64,000 nt of DNA from Candidatus Latescibacterota bacterium (GCA_963667175.2 CAXXXF010000014.1:64001-128000), one strand, 5' to 3'; counted from the stretch's first letter, positions 50,921 through 60,474 are shown. Made by a program: numbers and translations. Notes: generated by a model from the sequence alone, not told the origin.

Positions 50921-51757
50921 CTATTCACCTACCTTCTTCACGTTTGCAGATGTTTCTTTCACGTGATCATCGAAACGCTTGAGACCAATTAGATTGATAG
51001 TCGATACTACTGTTTCTTCGTTTGTCAAAAACCACTCCTTTTTGCTGCCCGGAATTCCATGACCTATTATCCTGCGTAGGTGATGCTTGATTTTGGATTC
51101 TAACCGATGTAACTGTTCGTCGTCATCGACGACCCAGATTTCAAGTATCTTTGGCGGTTCCGGCATTCCCGTAGTCTGGTCTCGAATACGCTTGTGCGCA
51201 TTCTTCTTGGACAAACCGATTTTCATATATGTCCTCATTGCGGAATCATCATTCGACGGTTTTATCGGCGCGCTCAAATAACGAGGATACGTATAAAGAT
51301 ATATCCCCGGTACGTTTGCCTTTTCGAATTCTCCAATTCGTCTTATGGTTTCACTCTCAAGATCTGCATTCTCCCTTTCCACTCCCTTGGGATCGTTTGC
51401 ATATCTTTCACATTCTTTCTCTCGTTCCTCAATCTTCCGTTTAGTGGTTTCGCTTAGAACTCCACCATGCCGAGTCCGAAAATTCCGCAACGCGCTTTCA
51501 GTCTGTTTGGCAAGGGTTGGTTTGTCAGGTATTTCTCCATTTATAATTGCGCCGAGGTAACGCCTATAATTGTAGACAAAACCCCTTGTAGCTTTGTCCA
51601 GTTCCTTTTTAATCTCGTCAGGTGTCTTTTTTTCGGGGTAGGTAAGTTTCCAGACGTCTCCGAGTAGCTGATCGTCACTATCAAGTGCCTTTCTTACTTC
51701 CTGCATGTATTTTTCGCCGCCCACTTTACGCCTCCTTCGAGTCTTTATTATATCCAC
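50921..51757 (-). CDS. GIY-YIG (T5orf172-like) nuclease-domain protein
   Basis: GIYLYTYP...MKIGLS...RIRDQ...LESKI...KEWF; helical N-terminal region. Confidence 0.82.
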   Translation of the reverse strand: MDIIKTRRRRKVGGEKYMQEVRKALDSDDQLLGDVWKLTYPEKKTPDEIKKELDKATRGFVYNYRRYLGAIINGEIPDKPTLAKQTESALRNFRTRHGGVLSETTKRKIEEREKECERYANDPKGVERENADLESETIRRIGEFEKANVPGIYLYTYPRYLSAPIKPSNDDSAMRTYMKIGLSKKNAHKRIRDQTTGMPEPPKILEIWVVDDDEQLHRLESKIKHHLRRIIGHGIPGSKKEWFLTNEETVVSTINLIGLKRFDDHVKETSANVKKVGE

Positions 51758-52106
51758 TTACGAGATTTACGGACGATCTTTCAGATCGTCCGGCTTCACG
51801 CATTTTCCTTCTCTCACCTGTTACGCCACATCCGCATCGGAAACCCGCTCGGGCAGTCGCAATACATGCCGTTCGACACCGGTATCGGGCAAGTGATATT
51901 TTTATCGGTATCCTTTGATCCTCTTTGCCTGCAGCAGGCAGGCCGATATGGCTGATGGGAGTTGCTCCATCGCTTTACATTACGGGTACGCTGTGGGTCC
52001 TGCCATGATTCTGGACTTGGAGAGGAATTGCATTGCCATGGTTCAGTTACTCTATCAACTTGGTCAATTCAAGTCAAGGTCAGGCTTGACAAGCCCCAGC
52101 GATCTG

Positions 52107-52979
52107 TTAGATTTCTACTGTATCACAGCTACCTGCAAGTAGCCAATATGAGTATATCCAATGAATGCAAGTAACGGTAAATTCTGGAGCGCCGAAACCA
52201 CCAGAATCATCGTGGCCGTCCTGGCGTTGGCAACATCCAATTTCATCGCTACCTTTGGAATTGTGTATTATATGACAAGCGATCTGGAACGGCGTATGGA
52301 TAGGCGATTCGACAGAATCGAAGTTCGCCTGGACAGAATTGACTCTCGATTGGATTCCTTCGGTGAACGCATCGCCGCGAACGAAGCGAGGCTGAACGCC
52401 AAAGATTAAGAATCCGCCGCACCACGACATTTCGTCAACAGCCCGCCTGCCAGTATGCCAATTGGCAGGCTTTGTTATGCTGACCCCCTTGTGCCAACAT
52501 TCAGTGAGAACACGCACCCTCCGAGTCCAATGTAAAATATCACGGTGGCTTGGCCCCCGGTTCTGGGTCCAGGGTGTTTTCGTGCCGCCCTGCGAGGTCG
52601 ATTTCTCCTCCTGCTCCATCTCCCATAGATCGTCCGCTTTGTCCAGCCCGTCCAGGGAATCCATCATCGCAGCGTTCGCTTCCTCCTCGAAATGCTCTGC
52701 TCGTTCTCGATCACCGGCCTTCCATTTCTCTGCCGCGGCCTCCCAGGCTTTGGCTGCTCCTTTCGCCGCAATACATCCCCTCGCAAGGGCGCCCTGAGCC
52801 TCCGACTCTGCAGACCGCCTGGTGAAATTGCCTTCCCGCTTCGAATAATCGACGGCCGCCTTCTCGGCAATCTCCCGCCACGTGGCCGCTTCCGCCCTTG
52901 CCTTCTTCGCCGCCGCATCGTTAACTGCCACACGTCTCCGGCCCTGTTCGTTACGGGGTTTGTTTTTCTTGTCCGCCAT
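52107..52979 (-). CDS. Ala/Glu-rich helical hypothetical protein (3' end uncertain)
   Basis: SD GGAG; first ~130 aa look coding, the rest overlaps the antisense gene and looks non-coding. Confidence 0.45.
   Translation of the reverse strand: MADKKNKPRNEQGRRRVAVNDAAAKKARAEAATWREIAEKAAVDYSKREGNFTRRSAESEAQGALARGCIAAKGAAKAWEAAAEKWKAGDRERAEHFEEEANAAMMDSLDGLDKADDLWEMEQEEKSTSQGGTKTPWTQNRGPSHRDILHWTRRVRVLTECWHKGVSITKPANWHTGRRAVDEMSWCGGFLIFGVQPRFVRGDAFTEGIQSRVNSVQANFDSVESPIHTPFQIACHIIHNSKGSDEIGCCQRQDGHDDSGGFGAPEFTVTCIHWIYSYWLLAGSCDTVEI
52161..52409 (+). CDS. Small TM plus coiled-coil protein
   Basis: One TM helix then heptads RFDRIEVRLDRIDSRLD; TTGACA-N16-TAGATT at 52086-52113. Confidence 0.7.
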   Translation: MNASNGKFWSAETTRIIVAVLALATSNFIATFGIVYYMTSDLERRMDRRFDRIEVRLDRIDSRLDSFGERIAANEARLNAKD

Positions 52980-53064
52980 GACGCGTCTCCACGTGTTTAG
53001 AACGCTCGGTCCCGGTCTGTTTATCTGTAGTGGATAGAGCAGTGATCGCTCCATACAATATGAA

Positions 53065-53718
53065 TCAATCCATTTCAAGCGAGGAATGGAAAGTAACGTC
53101 CCCAAGGAGCGACTCCCATGTTTTCTCTCCGACTTCCTTGCCCCCGACGACGGCGCTTGATTGGCCCACCCGAAATGCGCGGTTGAGCTTTCCTGTCGGT
53201 CACCCATCCTTGTTGAATGTCAGGGCAAAATCAGGACTGTAGTTTATGACATAACCGTTTGGCTTTCCTAAAAAGGGAACCACACGCGGTAGGGCTTCTC
53301 GTGCCTGTTTCTCGTACGATTCAGGAGTCGACCCGTCCTTGAACGTAATAATCCGATGACGGGATCCGCCGGTCATCGCGTAAAACGTGATCTGACTCGG
53401 TGCGTTTTGCTCCGTCAGAATCACCGCGTGAGGCTTGAAGGTTGCACGATAGGCCTGATCTTCGGCTTCATTCAGTTCCGCGCGGGTGACCTCAATTGAC
53501 TCGTCAATCACGTTGACTTCCACCTCAAGCCACTCTGCAAGCTCGACCCGGAGGTTCTCCGCGAATTCAACCCGACCACCATAGATCTGGTCGATTCGAC
53601 GACAACCTTTTGCGAGATTGGCATATCCCATTCGCCGGACAAGCTTACCGCGGGCGATACCGAGATCCTGCATCCGTTGGCGGATTAAACGCGCTATTGA
53701 AAAATCCCTTCGAGTCAT
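53065..53718 (-). pseudogene. HTH-like hypothetical protein with in-frame TGA at 53200-53202
   Basis: SD GGAGG; XRE-like N-terminus; frame stays open for 44 plausible codons after the TGA. Confidence 0.6.
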
Positions 53719-53895
53719 CTTTCCTCCCGGACCGATTCTGCGGAGAAAGTCGAGCCGCAGACGCCCTTTTCCTGAGTCTTCCTCTAATCTTCCTTCTTTA
53801 TAATATACTGTTAATTATATTTTTATTTCGATACGTACATTGTTCGGCTCAAATGCTTAAACGCTGTCACCGGATGAGTCAGTCGCAACCAGCCA

Positions 53896-56676
53896 TCAGA
53901 AGCCAAGGGGTGCGACGCCGGGTTTGTGGCGGCATTCCTCGGCGAGTGCGCGGCCGATGCGCACCGGGTCATTGAGAAAATTCATGATCTTCGCACGCTC
54001 GCGGACGTTCGCGAAGTCCGCGGGCGTGAGTTTTTCGAGTGCGAGTGCCTCCAGGGGCGTTTCACAACCGAAAAAGAGCCTGAACGCCCGTTCGACGCGT
54101 TCCCGGTCCATGTAGAAAAACTCGACCCTGAACATGAAGCGGCGGGCGGCCGCCGGATCGAGCGCTTCCCGCCGATTCGTCGTGCAGGCGAAGGGAAGCG
54201 GGTGCCGCTCCATCTGGCTGAGCATTTCGTTGACCATGCTGGTTTCCCACGACCGCACGGCGTGCTCCCGGTCCATCAGGAGGGAGTCGGCCTCGTCGAA
54301 CACAAGGAATGAACCAGTCTCTACGGCTTCCGTAAAGGCCGCTGCCATCTGCTGTTCGGTTTCCCCCACCCACTTGCTCAACAGATCCGAAGCTCGTTTC
54401 GGCAACAGTTCCATCCCCATTCGTTCGGCAATGTGGCGCACAAAGGCCGTCTTCCCGGTTCCGGGCGGGCCGTACAGACAGAGCGCGAAACGCTTCGCGC
54501 CGATTTCAACCATCCGTGCGGTCAATGCTTCCAGACTCGTATCCGCGTTGACCAGTGTCGGATCGTAATTCCAAATAGGTTCGCCTTTGGAAGGACGGAC
54601 GCCGTAACGCAGTTTCACTTTCTGTTCAACATTCCGCCGGATGACATCCGCGTTCCCCGCGATCATAGCCGCCTGATGCGTGGCCAGATCCAGGTGCCTG
54701 GGGGTCACTTTGTCGTCGTGCGCCAGTTCCGTCGCAAGTCGCCGCGCTTCCGGATCAGTCACCTGTGCATTGGTGAGGATACCGGAGAACACACGCTTCC
54801 TCGCGCCGACGGACATGCGGCGGAATTCGATCGCGTGCATCATCCGGTCGATGAAGAACGGCTGAATCATCCGGTAGAAGCCAATCGAGTTGCACGCCCA
54901 GATGATGGGCACCGGATTTTCTTCGACGATGCGATTCAGCCAGTGTTTCTCCACGCTGTCGAAGTCCTCCATTTCATCGAAGAAAATCACCGAGTCGGGC
55001 TCGTCGGCCAGCGATTCGAGCGCATAATCGAGTGTTTTTGTGCGTGAAACTGAAAGACGCTCCCGGGATCCGACCTCATTGTTGCCGATCGCGTACATCC
55101 GTGCGCCCGCCTCGCCGCAGAGCGTGCGCGCAAATTCGGTTTTTCCGGTTCCTGGGGGTCCGTACAGGAGCATATTGATGCCCTTTTTCTTTGCATCCAT
55201 CGCCGCCGCGAGGGTCTGTCTTACGTCTTCGGCGACCGGCCCCAGATGCGCAAAAGCCGTCCACGGCAGGGCAGCCCGTACCGGCGCCCCCAGTCGTGGG
55301 CGCGCTCTATTGGCGGCGATTGTGAGCTCGGACCGTTCGCAGAGATTGTAAAGGTCCGATTCCGTTCCGCCCACAAGGCAGGTCGTTTCAATGGCCTTCG
55401 CCAGGATGCCCGGCGGACATTCGAGACGATCCACAAGTCGTCTGGCACATTTGGTAGCGTCGATACCCTCGATGCCGCTTTCGGCCAGCATTCGTCCTAG
55501 AATAGCAGCCTGACGCGTCGGGCCGTGGGCAGTGAACCTGACAACCATCGTGAAGCGTCGGAGCATGCTCTCGTCCAGATCTTTCAGACTGTTCGCGGTG
55601 TATATCACCGGAACGGGATTCTCCTCCATCAGCCGGTGGTTGGCGAGGCGGGAGCCGCTGGTGGATTCCAGCGCGTCCTCTGCCTCGTCACACAGAATCG
55701 CGGCTTCGGGCATGGTCTGAAGCAGTGTTTGCGCCATGCGCAGTTCATTGCGCCGGTCGGCGCGCCTGTCGTTATCGGTATCACAGGATTCCTCGTATCC
55801 ACGTCGCAATTCGCCAACCGGGAAAAGTGTCATACCCGAGGCGGCTGCGACAGTTTTGGCAAATTCCGTTTTTCCCGTTCCGGCCCTGCCCCAAAGCAGG
55901 ATGTTGACGCCCTGCGCATCTAAACCCTCGGTACGGTAATTCTTCGTTGCACGCAGAAACCGGAGAGTGTCGTCGCGTTCGCCCACGTGCGCAAAGTCGT
56001 CCAGACACAATGTGGCTTGCAATGGGTCACCGACCAAACGCGCCGTCAACTCGCCCATTTCGCGCACCGGCGGCTGCCAGACTTCCCACATGAAGTCGTT
56101 GATCAGGTCATCGGGGTCGTGGTGGCCGCGCACCCGGGTGGCGACTTCCCAATCGGCGATGCCCACGTCCGCCAGTTCCCGTAGGCCGCGCTCGATCTCG
56201 AGTCGAGGGCGCCTCGGGATAAGCGTCATTGTCTCGACGGGATTGTTACACGAGCGAGCGATGCCATCCCAAATGTCTTTGGCCAGAGTACAGTGGGTGT
56301 AACAGTGTGCGAGTTCAAGCAGCGCGGCGGCCGCCGGCCCCAGCGAGAAGCGATCGACGACAAGACGGGTTGCGGTTGCGTCGCGGCTGAATTCGGGAGG
56401 GCGGCTTGTCTTTTGCTCGAGGACTTGAAATGCTATTTTCAGGTTGACTTTGAGACTCTCCGATGGCACGTCTGCAAATTGCGGGTCGTCCAACAACTCT
56501 TGAAACAGTTCCGAATTATCGATCCAGGATTCGAAATCAGACCGAATGCGTCGACTGAACTGAGCTGCGTGCAATACATTCACCATGTATCTGCGCGCAA
56601 GATACAACGTGTACTCTCCGAACACCGGAGGATGTTTGCTTTCCGAAAACAGATCGTCGATATTTCGTTTGCCCAT
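53896..56676 (-). CDS. AAA+ ATPase with three tandem AAA modules
   Basis: Walker A GRAGTGKT, GPPGTGKT, GPPGTGKT; Walker B ILCDE, IFFDE, LVFDE; SKWVGE pore loop in module 3. Confidence 0.92.
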   Translation of the reverse strand: MGKRNIDDLFSESKHPPVFGEYTLYLARRYMVNVLHAAQFSRRIRSDFESWIDNSELFQELLDDPQFADVPSESLKVNLKIAFQVLEQKTSRPPEFSRDATATRLVVDRFSLGPAAAALLELAHCYTHCTLAKDIWDGIARSCNNPVETMTLIPRRPRLEIERGLRELADVGIADWEVATRVRGHHDPDDLINDFMWEVWQPPVREMGELTARLVGDPLQATLCLDDFAHVGERDDTLRFLRATKNYRTEGLDAQGVNILLWGRAGTGKTEFAKTVAAASGMTLFPVGELRRGYEESCDTDNDRRADRRNELRMAQTLLQTMPEAAILCDEAEDALESTSGSRLANHRLMEENPVPVIYTANSLKDLDESMLRRFTMVVRFTAHGPTRQAAILGRMLAESGIEGIDATKCARRLVDRLECPPGILAKAIETTCLVGGTESDLYNLCERSELTIAANRARPRLGAPVRAALPWTAFAHLGPVAEDVRQTLAAAMDAKKKGINMLLYGPPGTGKTEFARTLCGEAGARMYAIGNNEVGSRERLSVSRTKTLDYALESLADEPDSVIFFDEMEDFDSVEKHWLNRIVEENPVPIIWACNSIGFYRMIQPFFIDRMMHAIEFRRMSVGARKRVFSGILTNAQVTDPEARRLATELAHDDKVTPRHLDLATHQAAMIAGNADVIRRNVEQKVKLRYGVRPSKGEPIWNYDPTLVNADTSLEALTARMVEIGAKRFALCLYGPPGTGKTAFVRHIAERMGMELLPKRASDLLSKWVGETEQQMAAAFTEAVETGSFLVFDEADSLLMDREHAVRSWETSMVNEMLSQMERHPLPFACTTNRREALDPAAARRFMFRVEFFYMDRERVERAFRLFFGCETPLEALALEKLTPADFANVRERAKIMNFLNDPVRIGRALAEECRHKPGVAPLGF

Positions 56677-56791
56677 AGCCGGCACTCCCTTCCGCTACTC
56701 GCATTTTCGCCCGCGGCGTTCACCGGATTCGCCGTTCCATTTCCGATGGCCGAAACACAAAAAGAGGCGCGTTCGCGATTGAACACGCCTC

Positions 56792-56826
56792 AAGCTAAAC
56801 AGGATATGCGACGAACCGCGTCGTAT
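56792..56826 (-). promoter_or_regulatory. Putative WYL-activator box plus -10 element
   Basis: Minus strand ATACGAC-N7-GTCGCAT (56826-56806) followed 8 nt later by TAGCTT. Confidence 0.7.
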
Positions 56827-56830
56827 GTCG

Positions 56831-57793
56831 TCAGGTTTTTTTGTAAAATCCCAGATTTTTTTCAAGTTCCTCCGAGATTTCCGCACGAAGCGAGGCCGGT
56901 TTCAGAACTTCGGCGCTGGCGCCGTGGCTCAGAATCCACGCCTTGATCTCATAGAGGCCACCTGCGCGAAAGTGAAGAATGATTCCTTCGTCTTCCAATT
57001 CCTCGATCTCCTGCGACGGGTGCCAGATCCGTTGTCTGATATACGGCGCCTGGGATGCCGAGAAGCGGACGCTAACGTCGATCGGCGCTTCAAGAACGAC
57101 ACCGAATGCCTGATTGAGCTGTTCCTCGATTCCTGAATCTTCGGACGCGTCGAACGACCGGGACGTAATCCGGATATCCTGAATCCGCTCCGCGGCGAGG
57201 GTCAGCAGATTTCCGTATTTCGGATTGCAGCATAGCAGATACACGCCATCGTAATGGTACAGAAACCTGAACGGCAGCACAGGATAGGTCTTGCTTTCAC
57301 CGGTACTCATAGCGCGGTAGGTCACGTTGCAGACTATTCGCTCCGTGATTGCTTCTTGCGCGATTTGAAATACCTGAGGGGTAACTTGAGCCTTCTGTCC
57401 GCGAATATGTGGATGATAGGCCGCCTGTTCCAGGAATGCGCGCATTTTCTCCGGCAGCGTTGTCCGGATCCTGTTCAGGCTTTTCTGATATTCGGTCTTA
57501 AAGGGCGATTCCTCGAGGATTCCAGTGATGTAGGTCAGAGCGATCAGCTCTCCGACCGGGAAATTCAGAGGCGAAACGCTGCTATCGCCCAGGAGTTTCC
57601 AGGTGTTCTGGCGGCCCCGTTTTTCCGTAGTCAGTGGAAATCCGGCGTCGTCAAGGTCGCGCAGGTCGCGCTCAATCGTCCTCCGCGATACCTCGAAATG
57701 CTTCTCAAGATCGTGGATCGTCGCGCCAAATCTGCGCGATGCGAGTTCTCGCAGCATATCCAGCTGACGAACGATCTGTCTCTTGTCTGCCAT
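56831..57793 (-). CDS. WYL-domain transcriptional regulator (wHTH-WYL-WCX)
   Basis: VSRRTIERDLRDL HTH; YPVLPFRFLY..VYL..AERI; WHPSQ; WILSHG..EVLKPASLR. Confidence 0.93.
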   Translation of the reverse strand: MADKRQIVRQLDMLRELASRRFGATIHDLEKHFEVSRRTIERDLRDLDDAGFPLTTEKRGRQNTWKLLGDSSVSPLNFPVGELIALTYITGILEESPFKTEYQKSLNRIRTTLPEKMRAFLEQAAYHPHIRGQKAQVTPQVFQIAQEAITERIVCNVTYRAMSTGESKTYPVLPFRFLYHYDGVYLLCCNPKYGNLLTLAAERIQDIRITSRSFDASEDSGIEEQLNQAFGVVLEAPIDVSVRFSASQAPYIRQRIWHPSQEIEELEDEGIILHFRAGGLYEIKAWILSHGASAEVLKPASLRAEISEELEKNLGFYKKT

Positions 57794-57902
57794 CGTTTCA
57801 CCGGATTCCCGATGCGACTCTGGTTTGAACCGAAAGCCGTCTCGTATCTTCTCACCAATTGCCGTGACGTGATTCCTGGACGCACGCGTCCGGACCCGCC
57901 AC

Positions 57903-57932
57903 AAAAAAAGGCGATCCCGCTCAGAATCGCCT
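57903..57932 (-). terminator. Intrinsic terminator after dksA
   Basis: AGGCGATT..GATCGCCT stem followed by a T-run on the minus strand. Confidence 0.75.
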
Positions 57933-57956
57933 CTCTTGCTCCCATCTCGCTCCACC

Positions 57957-58391
57957 TCAGGTATCTTCGTCTCCGCTCATCGGCAGGTCTTCAGCCGAGA
58001 TGACTCGCCGCCTCGGGCGGTCGACATTCTGAGGATTTCGCTCTCGCTCCTGCTGGACCTGCATGGTATAACGGGCCGTGGGAATCGCTTCCAGCCTGAG
58101 CTCGCCGATCATCTCCCCCGACACTTCGCAGATGCCGTAGGTTTCGTTTTCGATCTTGCCCAGCGCATGGTCGATCTCGGCCAGCTCGCGCCGTTCGTTG
58201 TTGCCCAGGGTCGCCATCAACTCCAGGGAAATCGCGTTCCCGGCCATGTCGAACGGATCCGCGGAACGGTCCTTTCTGAGTTCGTCAATGTCGGCATCTT
58301 CCAGGCTGGTTTGTTTCAACAGGTCTTTCTTCCGATCCAGCAGCAACTTCTGGTAAAACGCCAGCTTTTCAGGTGTCAGTTTCTCGGGCAT
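57957..58391 (-). CDS. dksA: TraR/DksA-family transcription factor
   Basis: DPFDMA tip, TYGICEVSGEMI..RLEAIPTARY (reduced-Cys variant). Confidence 0.88.
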   Translation of the reverse strand: MPEKLTPEKLAFYQKLLLDRKKDLLKQTSLEDADIDELRKDRSADPFDMAGNAISLELMATLGNNERRELAEIDHALGKIENETYGICEVSGEMIGELRLEAIPTARYTMQVQQERERNPQNVDRPRRRVISAEDLPMSGDEDT

Positions 58392-58556
58392 ATCACCTTC
58401 GACCTCCGCGGCGCCAGACCCTTCTCATGGAACCTGCATCCCCATCGACACCGCGCAAAGATGTCGATAGATTTCTCCCGAAAATGTTCAGATCTCTACT
58501 GGCGCCGGACCCCGATCCCGCTACCGGAGCGTGCCTCATCGGAATTTTCGGACGAA

Positions 58557-58585
58557 AATTTATCGTTCCGAATATCGAAAGTCAA
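58557..58585 (-). promoter_or_regulatory. Sigma70-type promoter for dksA
   Basis: TTGACT-N17-TAAATT. Confidence 0.6.
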
Positions 58586-58702
58586 GCCCCAAATTTGAAA
58601 AAAAACACCCTCATTTCCTGCCAGTGGGAAAAACGCCGGCCGATACTTCCCGTGGAGTCGGAATCCGTTGCAATGAGCGGCGGTATCACACAGAGGAAGT
58701 CG

Positions 58703-59359
58703 TCAGGCCCGGCCCTGTGACGGGCACAACGCGCCCACACCGCATGCGTCGCAATCCGGCGACCGGGCGCTGCAGATCGCCCGTCCGTGATGAATAAACA
58801 GATGCGGCAGATCCACCCAGTCTTTCTTTGGGACCAGCCCGATCAGGTCCTGTTCGATTTTGACAGGGTCCTGCCTGCGGGTAAGGCCCAGACGATTGGA
58901 AATCCGGCGCACGTGCGTATCCACCACCACGCCTTCTGCAATACCGAATGCGTTGCCGAGAACGACGTTGGCGGTCTTTCTTCCAACGCCGTCGAGAGCC
59001 ACCAGTTCATCCAGAGTCCGTGGCACCTCGCCGCCGTGGTTTTCCAGCAGCGCCCGGCAGCACCCCTGGATGTTGCGCGCCTTGTTGCGAAAAAAACCCG
59101 TCGAGCGGATGAGATCCTCCAATTCTTCAAGGGGCGCATCGGCATAATCCGCGGCCGTCGGACACCGCTCGAAGAGACCGGGCGTCACCCTATTGACGCG
59201 TTCGTCGGTACACTGTGCCGAGAGCATCGTGGCGATCAGCAACTGGAGCGGATTCTCGTAAGACAGCGAACACTCGGCGTCAGGATAGACGCCCCTTAAC
59301 TTTCCGATGATCGCCCGCGTCCTCGACCGCCTCGCAACCAGATCTTCGTCCGGCTCCAT
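58703..59359 (-). CDS. nth: Endonuclease III
   Basis: LSAQCTD, GVGRKTAN, VDTHV, C-X6-C-X2-C-X5-C. Confidence 0.95.
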   Translation of the reverse strand: MEPDEDLVARRSRTRAIIGKLRGVYPDAECSLSYENPLQLLIATMLSAQCTDERVNRVTPGLFERCPTAADYADAPLEELEDLIRSTGFFRNKARNIQGCCRALLENHGGEVPRTLDELVALDGVGRKTANVVLGNAFGIAEGVVVDTHVRRISNRLGLTRRQDPVKIEQDLIGLVPKKDWVDLPHLFIHHGRAICSARSPDCDACGVGALCPSQGRA

Positions 59360-59388
59360 CGTATCGGAATTCCTCATCTGCTCCGCGG

Positions 59389-60177
59389 CTACCACGGCCG
59401 CACCGCGGGGACTGGCTGTTCGAGGCCGTCCGCGCGAACGTTCTCGCCATTCACCCAGCGGGCGCGGTCCGACGCCAGAAACACGACCACGTCGGCGACG
59501 TCTTCCGGAGATCCGAGGCCGCCCATGGGAAATCCGTCTCTCTCGTAAGCGGCGAACACTTCCGGTTTTTCCTGACGCAACCCGTCCCACCCGCCGCCTT
59601 CGAAAATGATCGACCCCGGCGATACCACGTTTACGCGGATGCGGTCGTGCACCAGCTCGAGCGCCATGGGTTCGGCCATGAAAATCTGGGCGGCTTTGGA
59701 CGCGCCGTACTGAACCGCGCCGCTCAGCTGCGGTATCCATCCCGAGATGGACGAAATGAACACCACCGAACCGCCGCCTCGCGCTCGCATGTGAGGGACC
59801 ACGAGCCGGGTCAGCCGCACGCCGTGGAACACGTTTTTGTCGAAGGTCTCCACCCAATCCTCGTCGGTCGAATCCATCAGCCTGTCGCCGGACCGGCCGC
59901 CCACGTTATTGATGAGGACGTCGATTCCGCCAAGCCGTGCAGCGGATTCCTCCACAAACCGCTCAGCGTCGTCAGGGTCCTGCACGTCCGCCTGGATGGC
60001 GGAAACGCGAACGCCCAGCGCTTCGATTTTCGCCGCTGCCTCTTCCAACGTCTCCTCCCGCCGCGCGCAGATCGCGACGTCGCATCCCTCCGTCGCCAGT
60101 CCCATCGCCGTCGCGAGACCGATCCCGCGGTTCCCACCCGTCACCAGCGCGACTTTTCCCTTCAGATTCATATCCAT
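59389..60177 (-). CDS. SDR-family oxidoreductase
   Basis: TGGNRGIG, NNVG, YGASK; SD GGAGG. Confidence 0.93.
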   Translation of the reverse strand: MDMNLKGKVALVTGGNRGIGLATAMGLATEGCDVAICARREETLEEAAAKIEALGVRVSAIQADVQDPDDAERFVEESAARLGGIDVLINNVGGRSGDRLMDSTDEDWVETFDKNVFHGVRLTRLVVPHMRARGGGSVVFISSISGWIPQLSGAVQYGASKAAQIFMAEPMALELVHDRIRVNVVSPGSIIFEGGGWDGLRQEKPEVFAAYERDGFPMGGLGSPEDVADVVVFLASDRARWVNGENVRADGLEQPVPAVRPW

Positions 60178-60474
60178 GAAGACCTCCATTCAATTATCTA
60201 TTTTACCGTAGACTCTTCCCCACCCCACAAAATCCCGTATTCCCTTTCAAGAGGCGGTGAGACGGGAAAGAGAAGAAGGAATACGGGTTGGTCATCCTGC
60301 GGCTTATCCATTGTGTCCTGACAGGTCGCCTGTCGGCGGACAACCCACTCAAAATTGCTTTCGTGCAGGAGACAGGCCTTCGCGAATTGACGAATTGACA
60401 AAGCCAGACAATATGGATATCCAGTGGACACCGGGTGATCGTCTCCCCTCTCCCGTCTTACGTTTCACCACTCT

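Noticed and set aside
53200-53202. Selenocysteine recoding of the in-frame TGA
   Set aside because: The D-G-*-P context is not a redox motif and no convincing SECIS hairpin was seen
58703-59857. 384-aa extended nth ORF
   Set aside because: The extension overlaps the SDR gene in another frame; the real start is near 59359
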